Assembly (NCBI GenBank): GCA_052426225.1
Contig: JBNJNM010000013.1
Span: 372,001-436,000, forward strand
Source of the DNA: Zancudomyces culisetae HAW-14-8
Lineage: Eukaryota > Fungi > Kickxellomycota
DNA: 64,000 nt
Direction: 5' to 3'
This document shows, one piece after another, positions 24,010-36,763 of this stretch (position 1 is the first letter of the stretch; every line of letters begins with the position of its first letter). Both the position numbers and the translations under genes were made by a program. Under the pieces are notes generated by a model, which was not told the origin of the DNA, made no database searches, and saw only the letters and a program-made list of their open reading frames with translations.

Positions 24010-25839
24010 CTAGCCGGTCAGACAAATTCCAGAGGTTAGGCCTTTGGAAGAGAGTTTGAGAGGACGACCAGATTTGCGCTTTTTAAGAGATCTGGTGGAT
24101 TTTAATTCAGGTTCAAAGGCAGGAGAAGTAGAAGGAGACCTTTTCCGAGAAGAAGGAGGAGAGGCAGGAGAAAGAGAAGAGGCAGGAGGGGAGAGAGAAA
24201 TATCTGAGGATTCTGAAGAGAACCTTTTTAGAGAAGAAGAGCACATAAAAGGAAGTTTTCTTTTTTGAAGCTCGACAACGATGCGCTTTTTTCGAAAAGA
24301 ATCTCTACAAGCGGAATGACAAAGCCAAGGAAGCTGGCTATAAGGAAGGGTAGAATGAGATTTTTCGTAGCATTTGAGATGATAAGAGTTCGGACAGCCA
24401 ATACATGAAAGCAACGGGTCTTCTTCAGGGGATTTATCGGATAGGCAGACATAACAATATGATTGTAGCACAGGCATAATTCTCTGTTCAACTGTTTCGC
24501 CAATAAAGCTACGCAAATCAAGTCGAGGAGTTTTCGAAGCAAAACCATATCCTTTATAGTCACAACCGTGCTTGTTACAAAGAGTTCGTTTTCCCCATGG
24601 GCCAGGTCGCCAATTTATGCCTTCGGTGGTTCCGCAATACCGACACCAATCAATTCCCAAACTAGTGAAAAGTTGAAAAACAGTTCTTTTGTCTTCGCAC
24701 AACGCTACTGGAAACTCTTCACATTCGTGTATCGTTGAAGACTCAGATCGCGGTGTTTTGTCGCCGAGATCGTCCGCCTCGGGTCTCAAATTTTCGTTCA
24801 TTCGTTGCATCAGTGAGGCCTCAAAACTTCTTGAGCCCTTTTTTCCTCCGTGGTAATATTCGTGCGTTCCTTTCCCTGTGCCGAGCATGTCTTGATAACT
24901 TAGCAGCCCATAGTTATAGGTTTCATTGTCGCTGTAGTTATCATCACACACTGTTATCTGTGAAGTAGTCTCATCATCATTGTCGTTATCGTTATTATTG
25001 TCGCTATTATGTTCGTTATCGCTGTTATTTTCCTCTTCGTTCTCACTATCGAGACATCTCTCTGTCGAGTTTGCCTCTATCGTGGAACTACTAAATACAT
25101 CGAGCTCAACGGAACCCCGTGCTGTGACCTCTCCCTCTTCATCTCCACATATTTCGTCAGAAATATCAATTTCTCTCTCACTGTGTCGCCCTCGTTCGTT
25201 TTCTTTTTCTTTCACCTTATTCTCGTCCTCAACTTCGTCTTCGTCTTCAAAATCCAATTCTCCACAAAACAATGGCTCCTTTTCCTCTACAAATTCTCCG
25301 CATAACTCATACTCCTTTTTCGAAATACTCTCCGCGAATATCCCTCCCCACACGCTCTCCTCTTCAACTCGCGATGTCTCGGAATTTTCCCAAAGCACCT
25401 GCGAAGGTGAAAGATATACATCTTGCTTTATGTTCGTTGCACCGTTGGATAGCACAGGCCCAAAGGTTCGAATTATCGTCTTTAGTTGGGCTGGGTTGTT
25501 TCTATTCTCCCGAACCATTCGTTCTACATCTCTTTTTACATATTCTCGTATTAACTTTTCGCTCATAACTCCAAGATGTTTGTGACCTATAAGAAACCTG
25601 TCGAAAACTCCCTCGAACGCCTTTAATCGTTGAACTATCTGCGTCATTAGCATTCGCTGTACCCTAGATTGTAGGGGCTCGTCTGCCGAGCTTGTTAACT
25701 GTGTTGGATTAAGTAAGCATGCACTTCCGTCATTATTAATAATTTTCATTATATCCCTGTTCTCCTCTTTACTTTGCTCCAGAATTATTCCCCTGTAATA
25801 ACCAAGCAAAAAATAATACTGTATTACTTCCTTTACTAC
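24010..25839 (-). CDS. GATA-like zinc finger + PHD finger protein (5' end unresolved)
   Basis: CRYCGTTEGINWRPGPWGKRTLCNKHGC (GATA-like) and CYVC...CIGCPNSYHLKC...WLCHSAC (PHD). Acidic central region; basic, Ser-rich tail. The ORF begins after an acceptor-like TAG at about 25840, so an upstream exon is likely. Confidence 0.85.
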   Translation of the reverse strand, partial: VVKEVIQYYFLLGYYRGIILEQSKEENRDIMKIINNDGSACLLNPTQLTSSADEPLQSRVQRMLMTQIVQRLKAFEGVFDRFLIGHKHLGVMSEKLIREYVKRDVERMVRENRNNPAQLKTIIRTFGPVLSNGATNIKQDVYLSPSQVLWENSETSRVEEESVWGGIFAESISKKEYELCGEFVEEKEPLFCGELDFEDEDEVEDENKVKEKENERGRHSEREIDISDEICGDEEGEVTARGSVELDVFSSSTIEANSTERCLDSENEEENNSDNEHNSDNNNDNDNDDETTSQITVCDDNYSDNETYNYGLLSYQDMLGTGKGTHEYYHGGKKGSRSFEASLMQRMNENLRPEADDLGDKTPRSESSTIHECEEFPVALCEDKRTVFQLFTSLGIDWCRYCGTTEGINWRPGPWGKRTLCNKHGCDYKGYGFASKTPRLDLRSFIGETVEQRIMPVLQSYCYVCLSDKSPEEDPLLSCIGCPNSYHLKCYEKSHSTLPYSQLPWLCHSACRDSFRKKRIVVELQKRKLPFMCSSSLKRFSSESSDISLSPPASSLSPASPPSSRKRSPSTSPAFEPELKSTRSLKKRKSGRPLKLSSKGLTSGICLTG

Positions 25840-27547
25840 CTACTAACAATAATACAATTTTCTTATTATATTACCTCTAGTATTTCTTTGGCGTAAAAAA
25901 AATATATTTGCTATAGTTTATTACAATTTCGTTATTCTATAACAAATAAAGTCAAAAAGAAACTCGTATTTCCCAGCTCGTCAAATTTTCCAAAAAAAAA
26001 AACAAAATGATTTTCTTTACTTTTTTTAAACTAATTTCTACTTTGTTCTCTTTTTATCCGCTTTTTAAAACTTAATAAATGTCTTTGGTTTTAAATTACA
26101 CGCTACCATTGAGTTTTGTCTTTTCAATTTAAAATCCAGTTTCTCCTCCCCTTTAATATTGTTCATTTTACTATTAATTCAAAGACAAACCGAAAATGAA
26201 TTTTTTTTTAGCTAATAGAAAAATGATCAAAAAACGAAATGCAGCTGTTTTTTGTTCAGTATTTTTTTTTGTGGAGTGCTTTCAGCAATAAACAACGGTA
26301 AATCCAAAACGTATTTTTAGATGTTTTATTTGAACCTTTGTTCCATCAACTGCATTCTTAGAAAAAATAAAAACAATTACTAATTGTTTACGTGGAGATG
26401 AGGGTGTAAGTAGTACATAATTCCAAATAAACATTTTATAAGTCATATATATGCTGTTATTTTTTCTTTGCTTGCTAGTAATCACGCGCAATCATTGGGC
26501 AATTCTGTTGTCTTTTGTCACCAATGCTTCTATTTTGTTCCATGTCTAGCAAGTGATTTGTTGGTGAAATCCTTTAATTTTCTGTTTGATGTCTTTTAAA
26601 ATGCACCTTGGCAGCCAACCATTGGTCTGTTAAATTTTTAATAATCATTTTATGCAAATCCAAAGTTGGATATTTAAATGCAATTTACCCAGCCAAATTA
26701 ACACTCCTTCTCTCCCCAATTGCGCCATCCCCCAACTTCTTTTGAATACTCATAAAGCAAATGTAAAAGGTTTCTTGCCATTTCCTCACCCCCTCTCAAT
26801 TTTGCACAAACTGAAAAGAAATGCCCTATTAATGGAGCTTTGGAAATTTGTAGGCAAAGCTTTGTTGATTTCCACTTTATTCAGCATTTTCTCGTATTAT
26901 AAATACTGCCACGCATTTAAATGCCGAAATTTACACTTTTAATTTGTCTTTTTTTGCTTTTTGCCGTCTTTAAAGCTCTCAAAAGGGGATTGATTAAAGC
27001 CGCGCAATTACAGAAATCTCAATAGAAGCAATGCTTTTTATTTTTAGCTCAAGGCCAATTCGCCCTAACATAAAACTGATTTCTTTCAATAGCAATATCT
27101 GGGTGGAGCGGAAAGGTTTAGTTTTTTTGATTTCCACTGATTTCCTTTGATTTACATCGTAGATTCCATTTCTTGATTCGATGACGTCCACCCATTTTCT
27201 GTTTATTGAAAGAACATTCTATATATACAGCAAACTGCTTGATAAAAGTTGTGCGTAAATCAATTTGTGACTCACGTATAGACATAAGCACCCTTTTTAA
27301 TATGAATTTTCATCTCACCTTGGCTCTATCTGTTTTTTGTTTTGTGTAAACAACTATGCCAGCGAATAATCCATTTCGATATACCTGTTTTCTTATATTC
27401 CACCAGTACAAAAAAAACAAAGTCCATATTTATGCACCCATAAGTACATTTGTCTTGCTTCTGTAAAATATATGTCAGATCAATGCTGTTACGCGCAAAG
27501 TGATAGTGATGGCATCCCCACTTTTCTCATAACCCCCCCCCTTATTC

Positions 27548-28623
27548 ACGCGTTCTCTTTACAGAGCTTGGAGTTCGAATAAAAACCATGGCGCATTTTT
27601 GTAAATCTTATTTGACAAGACACTCGAGTAAAAGCGAGTTACAAGAGCAGGTATGGTGCAATGATCACCAGACATATATTTATACGCGTTGTTTACTATT
27701 ACTTTACCAGTACTTTTACTAGCTATCAGAAAAAAAAAACAACACGCTGCGTTCACTTGCTAGAAGATACATATCAAAATAAAATGCTGCCTTTTATTGC
27801 TCAGAGGACTTTGTGTGATTTGAATAGCATTTCCAGAATCTATTAGTGCTGCTATGCATATGCCGTGTTTTCAGTTATCATCACTCTCTTCTTTCCCATT
27901 AGTTTTAACAAACTAAAAACAAAAAAAAACAAAACGAATAGCTATACTCGTAGAGCGCTATCCATCACGAGAATAGATGATCAAACTCGCATTAACAGCG
28001 CTCCCCCCATCCATGCTCTGCATTTCATGCTGCAGGAACAATCGCGATAATTCTAAATTCATCTTGTCGTTAGTAGTATATCTTTAGCTACTGTAGGTTT
28101 TCATTGCTATTCTGATACCCTGTTTCAACCACCCACATTGGAATACACAAAATGCAACTAATTGCTAGACTGGCGAAAAAAAAAGGAAGTAAAGCAAGAA
28201 CGTGTGTCTAAGTGACCATATCGCACTTTTATGTCAAGTCAACGTTTTGGTTACCATGCCCAACATTTACATACATCCCCCCGCCTTCCTTCGAACTTGT
28301 ATTCCCCCTCTGCCTCGGAACTTTTTCTAATTTTTTCAATTTGGCCCGCTTTGAAGCTAATGCTTGTAAAGAGTCTTTTTTCGAATATATATTTTTTTAC
28401 GAATGTTTACTTTTATGATCCCAATTTTATCCACAGAAATGGGTCATAAAAATAGTTTTAAAGTCACAATCAAAAAATCTACTAGATTGAATCCTCGACT
28501 TTGCCGTAATTGTTTACAAGAACGCGTCATGTTTTTATTGTTAGCCAACACACTTCAAATTTGGCGCGTGTGAGCCATTGTTGTGGCTGTGCCACCTTCA
28601 ACATAACACACACACAAACGCGT
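27548..28623. promoter_or_regulatory. Cluster of MCB (ACGCGT) elements with adjacent forkhead (TGTTTAC) sites
   Basis: ACGCGT at 27548, 27684, 28522 and 28618. TGTTTAC at 27690 and 28511. Lies upstream of the GATA-PHD gene. Confidence 0.4.
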
Positions 28624-29229
28624 TTAGACAACGATGATAACTAGTTGAACGTTGTAAATTGCCACATACACTTATCGTGTACTGCTTTTTTTTACACACG
28701 TCTTGCTTCATATACAATGAAAATAATAAAAAGATACATCACATCAAAAAAAAACTACACTTATAATCCAACCCTTTTTAAATAACGTTTATTTTTCTCT
28801 AATAAAATTATGCCAAACTTGGTTCTTTTTGAGTGAGGATGAGAAAAGTGAAGGTATATCGCCTTTTGTTCAGTATTCCATAAAAAAAGACAAAGATGAC
28901 TTGCATTTGCATTGAACATACACACTCATCGACACTCACAAACTCTCTTCCCAACGTTATCAGCATTCTACAGCTTTTGTTAATTATCTCCCATTTCATA
29001 TAATGCAGTAAAACAACAGTGAAGAGCTAAATAAATATCAATACATGTAAAGGTAAAATAACATGCTCTAAGAATACTTTTCACGCTATAACCAAAATTG
29101 TTTGTGTATTAAACATTTTTTTCTTTTATTGATCAATGTACGTATCTTTTGGAAAGATAAGGTTGTGATAGTCTCTTGAAAAAAAGACTTTTGTGCATAA
29201 CTGAGAACGTGTGTGCTGGAAGCAGTTCA

Positions 29230-30965
29230 CTATTTACGCAGCAAATACTTTGTTACATAGTAAATGATCAGGTTTCTCTGCCAAAATGCTGCTATAAACA
29301 AGAGGATAAGCAATAATATTATAGGAAGTATTGCAAATATCGAGCATCTGCAACAACAACAGCAGGTGTCGGTTGATTCTGGTAGAATAGACATTCCTGC
29401 ATCCTTATCTGGGTACGTAAAACTTTCACGAAGACCATCTATTTGTCCGACTCCTGTAGTTGGGTTTCTAGCCGGCCGACTGATATTTATTACCACATTT
29501 TTCTTGCCTTTATTTCTAGAACCAGGCCCACCTTCTTGAGTTTCAGGTTTTTTTTCTGGGTCAATGTTGATTTTATGTCTAGACGCGTTATCTGTCTTTG
29601 GCTGGAGTGGGGGTGTATACTGTTTTTGTTCATTTTTTGGATATCTATTATCATCGTTATCTATATATTCATCCAGCGCGATATTGATCTTTGGTGTGCC
29701 TTTAGTACCCGCTTTTGGTTTCGAGTTTGGAGGACTCACAGCACCAGATTTAGTATTTTTTTGATTACTGGAGCCATCTTTACCACGTAAGCCAGGCTTG
29801 TGGTTTATTCTACCGGTTTCCCTGATACTGGATACATTGGAAAATGTCACTATACTCCTGTCCGCCTTTTGTGGTTCGCCTTTAATTTTTTTGGGTGTCA
29901 TTGGCTTGCCCTCTTTTCTGTTTGTGATAGCTGGTTTCAGCCGCTCCAATGAAAATCCCGAACTGGAGCTATCATCACTGCTCAAGTCGCTACTACCATC
30001 ACGACCACCACTTTCATAACTATACTCAATGTCTGAGCGGTTTCTTCTTCCAGGAGCTTTCCCCCGATGGCCACTGTTATGCCTTGTGTCGTAGCCCCTT
30101 TTGTGGAGTTTTCTTTTGTGATTATTTCCTGTAGCACCTTTTCTATCTGAGTGACGGGTGTTTGGATATTTTTTTCGAGCTTTTTTTGAATACCGGTCGC
30201 TATAGTCGTCTTCGGAATTCGAATCGGAAATATCCGAAAACATGCTTGTGATATCAGAGTTATCAATGCTGAAATTCTTCCTTCGTGTATATTTTTTGTT
30301 CCTTTCGGTGTGCATCTTATCTTGCTCCATGTGATCTTTTTTAAAGTAAGGTTTATGGTTGGTAGTTTCTTGAAATACGTGTTGATAGTTTTGGAAGGCT
30401 ATTTAGTCAAAACGCGTTATCAGTTTCTAATGCGGTCAAGTCGAGAAATTATGTGTAGGCGCACTTACCATGTTCTGGAGGCCCTGCTGTATAGTACTGA
30501 TTATATGGTTTGTATATTTGGGGTGCATATGCACCTGTTTGAACGTGATATGGTACATTTTCATAATCTCTCGTATAATGATTTGTATTGTAAACACCAG
30601 GGTAGTGAATAGAATCAAAACTTGGTGATCTTCCCTTGATATATTGACCATAGTATAAGTTGCTTAAATCCATTCTATAATTTCTGGCTAGAAGAACCAG
30701 TATGTATCAGTATGTTAAATATTTGTTTGTCTAATAGACGCTAAAGAATGTGTTACTATGCGTTTCGAGTCAGTAGTTTAGCTTACTATTAACCTTAAAA
30801 ACATACTGGATGAATTCTAAAGATTTATTCTTTTTGTAAAAGATGTTTCTAAATCTTTCACTGATCTCATCAAGTTAATACGTGTGAATCTTATTTACCT
30901 CTTCGGGGGTACTCAACTTCTTTATAGTAATAAGGGTCGTAGTTTGGATGATAATAGTATCCCAT
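29230..30965 (-). CDS. Hypothetical protein: Tyr-rich N-terminus, disordered basic middle, Cys cluster and C-terminal transmembrane helix; probable exons 30965-30899, 30687-30469, 30398-29230
   Basis: 366-aa ORF that extends in frame through GT-AG introns to MGYYYHPNYDPYYY. C-terminus TCCCCCRCSIFAILPIILLLILLFIAAFW. Confidence 0.7.
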
Positions 30966-31732
30966 TATCTTGTAACGATTTTCATTATATTTTGTGATCC
31001 TTGAACCGCTATTATGCCGTTCAGATTTGAATTAATACTCCAAATACTCTATAACGCTCAAACACTAGGAAACTCTGTAATACGTGCTGATGGCAAAGCC
31101 CAGAGGTTATTTTTAGCTTTATTATTTTTAGCTTTATAAAGTTAATTCTAGTTTTACAGGTTAATATCGTCCATACTTTGGTAATTCACACATAAAATAG
31201 CAAAAATACAGGTATGCTAATAAAAGAGAGATATGAACAGGAAACTCTGCTCATATTGAGGAAAAGCAAATGTATTGTAAAGGTAAAAGCAAAGTTTCTG
31301 ATACAAATCTTTAATACTAGATTAAAGTGTTTAGAATAGTATTAGTTATTTTGAATATAATGTTTTTAATTATCCTATTACTCACCACTTACCGTGTAAA
31401 ATGCATAACTGTATACATGTACACATCCCAGTTATTTAGGTAGAAACGGCTATGAAATACATGGTGAATTTTAATTGCTTTTAAATATCTTGGTAAAGCT
31501 AGGTGGTGTTGTATAAGGACGTTGTCTCACATGCGTACCTGTGGCCAAAAATTTATACTTATGACTTTAAACTATAAGTCAAACAAAACATTGCAGAGTA
31601 AATAGTACGAGAAAAAGCAAGAGCAAAAGCAATAAAAAAAGACCGAGAATACGACCACACCTTCTTTGCCTTATTGCAAAATGAGCTTTGTTTTATTATT
31701 ATAATAACATGTACTTGAAGAAGAAAATAGAA

Positions 31733-32968
31733 CTAATGATAAAATTCAAAGTTGGTATCAGAACGTTTAATGTTTGCTTTATATCCTTTCTCCAGGTCGC
31801 TGGCTAAAATAACATAGCGATTCTTGCGTACAGCATGCATTCCAGCCTCTTGACAAATCGCGGCAATATCAGCACCACTAAGTTTGTCAGGTCGTGAAAC
31901 AAAATCTTCCAGGTCAACCTCATCGGAAAGGTTCATCTTTGAAGTAATTGTCTGGAATATAAGTCTTTTCTGGCGCCTATCAGGAGTGGGGAATTCGATT
32001 TTTCGGTCCAGACGTCCAGGTCGAAGCAAGGCAGGATCAAGAGTATCTGCTCTGTTAGTGGCCATAATAACCTTGACATTGCTAGTTTGATCAAATCCAT
32101 CCATCTGGTTTAGAAGCTCAAGGAGGATACGCTGTACCTCTCTGTCTGCACCTGTCTGCGCGTCAAACCGCTTAGTGGCTATTGCGTCAATTTCATCTAT
32201 AAACACTATTGAGGGCGAGTTCTCACGTGCAAGGCGGAACACATCTCGAACCATTCGTGGACCCTCTCCAAGGTATTTTTGTACAAATTCCGAACCAACC
32301 ACTCTAATAAACGAGGCGGTGGTATGGTGAGCAACGGCCTTAACTAACATAGTCTTTCCTGTTCCTGGTGGTCCATAAAGAAGTACACCGCGTGGTGGGT
32401 CTATTCCAATCTGTTTATACAATTCGGAATGTGTTAACGGTAGCTCAACCGCCTCACGAATCTCCTGTTTTTGCATATCTAACCCTCCAATATCAGCATA
32501 ACTAACATCTGGCTTCTCATCCGCTCCCAACAACGCTATGCTTGAGTCGGCTTCTGGTGGCAAGATTTCAACAACTGCATTCGAATGGCGATGCAAAGCG
32601 ACAGAGGTGTTTGGTTTCAATAATTCTCTGTCTATCGTTGAAAGTATCCTGACTACATAGTTTGAACCTGCTGTCGATACTACTATTCCTGTGTGTTTGT
32701 CAATTGGTTCCAAAAACTGCCCCAACACTAATGGAACCGATCTTATTCTTTTTACTTCCTCTTGTGCTCTCAGTAATTCCTTTTTCAAATTTTTCTGCTC
32801 ATCTATTATGCATTCTTCCTGCAATTCCAGCAATTCCAGTTGTCGCTCGAGTCGCTTTAGTTTCAGATATAATTCTTCATTTGTCCTCTCTATCTCTTTT
32901 CTGGTATCTTCCATCTGAATCTCCTTGATTTCAGAAGCTTCGCTGATATTAATGCCTATTTCATCCAT
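31733..32968 (-). CDS. RPT3: 26S proteasome AAA-ATPase subunit Rpt3 (PSMC4)
   Basis: MDEIGI start, coiled coil, [42 protein letters not shown], end FEFYH. Intronless. Confidence 0.98.
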   Translation of the reverse strand: MDEIGINISEASEIKEIQMEDTRKEIERTNEELYLKLKRLERQLELLELQEECIIDEQKNLKKELLRAQEEVKRIRSVPLVLGQFLEPIDKHTGIVVSTAGSNYVVRILSTIDRELLKPNTSVALHRHSNAVVEILPPEADSSIALLGADEKPDVSYADIGGLDMQKQEIREAVELPLTHSELYKQIGIDPPRGVLLYGPPGTGKTMLVKAVAHHTTASFIRVVGSEFVQKYLGEGPRMVRDVFRLARENSPSIVFIDEIDAIATKRFDAQTGADREVQRILLELLNQMDGFDQTSNVKVIMATNRADTLDPALLRPGRLDRKIEFPTPDRRQKRLIFQTITSKMNLSDEVDLEDFVSRPDKLSGADIAAICQEAGMHAVRKNRYVILASDLEKGYKANIKRSDTNFEFYH

Positions 32969-34462
32969 TTTTCTTTTCTTTTTCAAATTCTTTTAATGTT
33001 CAGACTCGTAATGTTTTTTCTTTCTAATATTTATTGTTTTTTCAAGTCCTTGTTGCTCTCAAGGTTATTTTCCCTATTCTTCGCTCGATAAATGTAAATT
33101 CATACAACTAAAATCGAGATTGGTTAGCTTATGTTTTGAACAAGTAATGAAACCAATTTGCAATTTTGTTTATAATTCTCTAGATTACTTTCAGCAATTT
33201 AGCTTACGCAATAAAAATTTTTAGCCCCTAAAAATTAGCTATTCTGATTTGCCTAGCTGAAAACTGCGTCTCATTTCAATTCCAGCAACATTTCCCATGT
33301 TGACCAAACAAAACTCCCTTTAACCTGAACCAACCAAGCACTGTGGAAATTGAGAAATGTTATGTTATTGCTCAATACTGGATGTGACAAGGTCGAGTTG
33401 GCTATTATAGCTTGATATGTATGTTTATGTCATCAAAACCGACAAGCCTCTGTAAAGTCAAGCGTGTATATACAGCAAGGCGCTTGCGTGTGTATATTTT
33501 CAACGCATGAGCAGTATTGCGCACTCAAAATTTTATACTGGATAGCAGAAAAAGAGGAAGGTTGTGCTCTTGGGAAAGGAACTTTTAATATTATATTTAC
33601 TTTTCTTTAGACTAAATACTTTTGAGGAAACATGAGTTGGCATGAGTTATATTATATAACAAAAAACCCCCTTCCTATAATGAAATACAAGTTATAACGA
33701 AAAAATATAGTCCCAAAGAACTGGTCTATCTCTACTCACAATCCTGCTACCCTCCCTTTCAAATGTAGTTGAACTTTTGGTTGTTTAAGGTGCATAAACT
33801 GGCGCAATAACGCTACACTACGGTACCAATCCCACCAGGATCGAATTTCCTTTTCACCTTGTGTTTTTATATATCTTCAATTCAGCTCTTGTAAAGTCTG
33901 AATCTTTAAATTTCTGAAATTCTAGGCTTCTGGAGTTTTGAATCTAAGATACTCACAAAATATCCATTAATGCCGTGTCCTTTGAATGGTAGGGCAGGTA
34001 AATCTAAAAAAGTAGCATGTCCTAAAGCGGAGAGATATCCATTGAAAAAAGATTCCCGCCAGCTTTTGTGGACCGTATAATGGTTCGATTTTGCTAGTTT
34101 TGCATCAATTTTTTAGAGAAGCAAGTATGACCTAAAATAGAGTTTACCAACTTTATTCACAGTATCAGTGATATAGAGATAGGTTTTACCAAAGATACAC
34201 GGTTTGAGATTTTTAAATCTTCCTTTAACTTCTTTACCGAGATAAAGAGAAAAATATAAGGGGATTTTGCTTTAATTCCACAGTCATATATATACTCGTA
34301 TACATATGCTTAAAAAAACAAACATTCTATATTTTTATACACTACGAATTCAAGCTAAAAGGTAGACGGTGCTCCGTATATGTGTTTTTGGCTTCTATGG
34401 AATATCAGTCGATTTATAAAAGACGAGAATAAGAAGTTTAGGATTTAGGCGAAAACTGGAAA

Positions 34463-35375
34463 ATGGAAAAACAAGATAACATCACAAGAGAATTTAACCC
34501 AAATGCTTCGTCAGAAGTTGGTGATAAAGGTAAGCAGACGTGGAAATAGATTCCTACTCTATTTCTTCTTTTTTATATACAATTGAGAAGTTGTGTATCT
34601 TTAAAGCCTTATAACAAACATCGAGTGGGCTCAAAATATAGTAATCGTGAGGTTCAGATCAACTGGAAACGCACCAGTTCTCAAAAGAAATGTATTCAAG
34701 ATATCTTCAGGTCAGAAATTCCAGGCTCTAATAATGTTCTTAAGAAAGGAACTGGGGTATAAAAATACCGACCCTTTGGTAAGCGTGATTTTTTATTATT
34801 TCAGAAAGAGTGGTTTAATATTTCTGTCAAGGTGCTGAAACCGAAGTAAAGTGCCGATGATAGCATTACTTGGATGGTTAGCTTTTGAATAGTAAAAGTA
34901 CAGACTAATACCTTACGTGTGTTTGAGTTCCCCCCATCAATCACCATATCAGAAAGTGCAAAGACGGATGTAAAAGTATCATCAAATGGTGTGGATAGTG
35001 ATATATAAGCAAGTTTGGATTTATCTTAAAAAATGTCGATTATAGCACATTAATCTTATCCGCTTCTTTTTGTACAAACAAATAGTTTTTGTATATAAAC
35101 AGTTCCTTTGCACCAGCACCAGACGAATTAATTAAAAATCTAGCAAAGGTTTGTATTTAGCCATATTCGAATTTATCTCTTTTATCAGGGGTCTGGGGGA
35201 CAGCATATATGGCGTGTATGGCGTGTACGGCTTCGTAAAAAAACAAATCTTACTAGTGTTTAACTATCCTTCACTTGCAGACTTAATTAACTAACCCCAT
35301 ACACAAACTCTGTAGTGCTTTTTGGTCGAAAACCAGCTGATCATAAACTATGCAACCACAGCCGCCTGGGGATAG
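34463..35375 (+). CDS. ATG12: Ubiquitin-like autophagy protein Atg12; exons 34463-34529, 34642-34778, 35086-35148, 35316-35375
   Basis: Spliced product KVIVRFRSTGNAPVLKRNVFKIS..KFQALIMFLRKEL...|FLYINSSFAPAPDELIKNLAK|CFLVENQLIINYATTAAWG*. The C-terminal AWG is diagnostic. Confidence 0.93.
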
Positions 35376-35739
35376 GCAAGTAATACGGAATACTCCAGTA
35401 AAGTGTTGGCTTAGCTGTAATGCTCAACTTTGCTAGCATAATGGTATGAGAGTATATAGCAAATTCTGGAATTAATAACGAATAGAACATTTTTCTTGGT
35501 GGGATGTGATGGGACGTTATACGAGGGATATGGTGTAAATATTATATCTAGCCAGGATAACTAACAAGAAACAGTTAAAGCAGCGTTGAAGTCTTGGAAC
35601 TATACAAAGCTTGATACATTTATTTACACACAAGATTAAAGAAAACTTAAGGATTACTAGTCTATTACAGCCTTTACAATTCTTTATTATATTTAATAAA
35701 GAGTTCATATATATGAGGAAAAAATCACCTATAATACAT

Positions 35740-36524
35740 TTATTTCAAAATTGTTATCTTTGAGTTGCCACTAGTTTTCGACGAACCATCATGCTGTTGC
35801 TTGTTAAGGCCGTAAAGAAGGTTTTCAACCAACGATGCACGATCAGTAGCGTCTCCATCTCCATCAACATTCATGTCTGATTGGTTGGTATCCTCATCCG
35901 TTGAGGATTCGTACAGGCTTTCATCAATGGTATGTTGTTTCACAGCCAACATGCTTTCAGTAATATTAGAATCGCCCTTCACATCAAATACACCTAATCC
36001 AAGGTCCATTTCAACGTACACCTGGTCACTTTTTTCCTGGTCATCGATCTGGGTGGAAGACAAGGCTGCTTCAGATTCGTTTTTGATCTCTGAAAATAGC
36101 TCTTCATTTGCCTTTTGTAGCTGTGGCAAAAACGATTCTAATCTACTTAAAAGCTGAGATGGTGCAGCAACTTTAAATGTATACCCTTCCTTTTTACCCT
36201 GTGTAGGGTTTATTCTGATCTTTTCTAATATCTCGGAGCGAGGATCTAAAAAGAAAGAGGTAAAAATCATGTTAAATCGTATTTTCCAGTATTTAGCACA
36301 GCCCAAACCCCATACATGACGTTCTTTCGTTTAATTTTCACTAAATAGCTGCTTTAAAAGTAGCCACCAAAACATGATTTCTAAAACTAATGTGGTTTTA
36401 GCCATCATACTTGTTCGAATCATTTTGGCAAGTATATAAAAATCGTTAAATCAGAATCATTACCTAGGCTTTTTGAATCCAATTCAAGTAGCTCGCTGTT
36501 TGTATCCTTTCGTTTGTTCTCCAT
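35740..36524 (-). CDS. DUF4598/NOPCHAP1-like protein; exons 36524-36464, 36245-35740
   Basis: LLSRLESFLPQLQKANEEL and YVEMDLGLGVFDVK match the DUF4598 pattern. First exon MENKRKDTNSELLELDSKSL splices in frame. Confidence 0.75.
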
Positions 36525-36763
36525 TGTTTTGGATGGTGTAAGCCTCTATATTAATGTATTTTAATAGCTAGTCAAGGTTTTAGTGTTTCTGATGTAATTT
36601 CGGTTTTTTATACTCTCCACTTGCAAAAAAAAATCATCAAAAAAAAAATCAAATTAATATTGAATTATCTAAACACAAGTACCTGTTACATAATCAGAAA
36701 CCAAACTACTAAATCAGCAAAAAAAGGAAATCAGAAAAATCAAAAAAAAATAACACAAACAGA

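Noticed and set aside
33780-34130. Minus-strand protein-like stretch (KSWRESFFNGYLSALGHATFLDLP...; KVKRKFDP) faintly like a BBE/FAD-oxidase C-terminus
   Set aside because: No start codon, several stops and frameshifts, and the similarity is too weak to support by eye.
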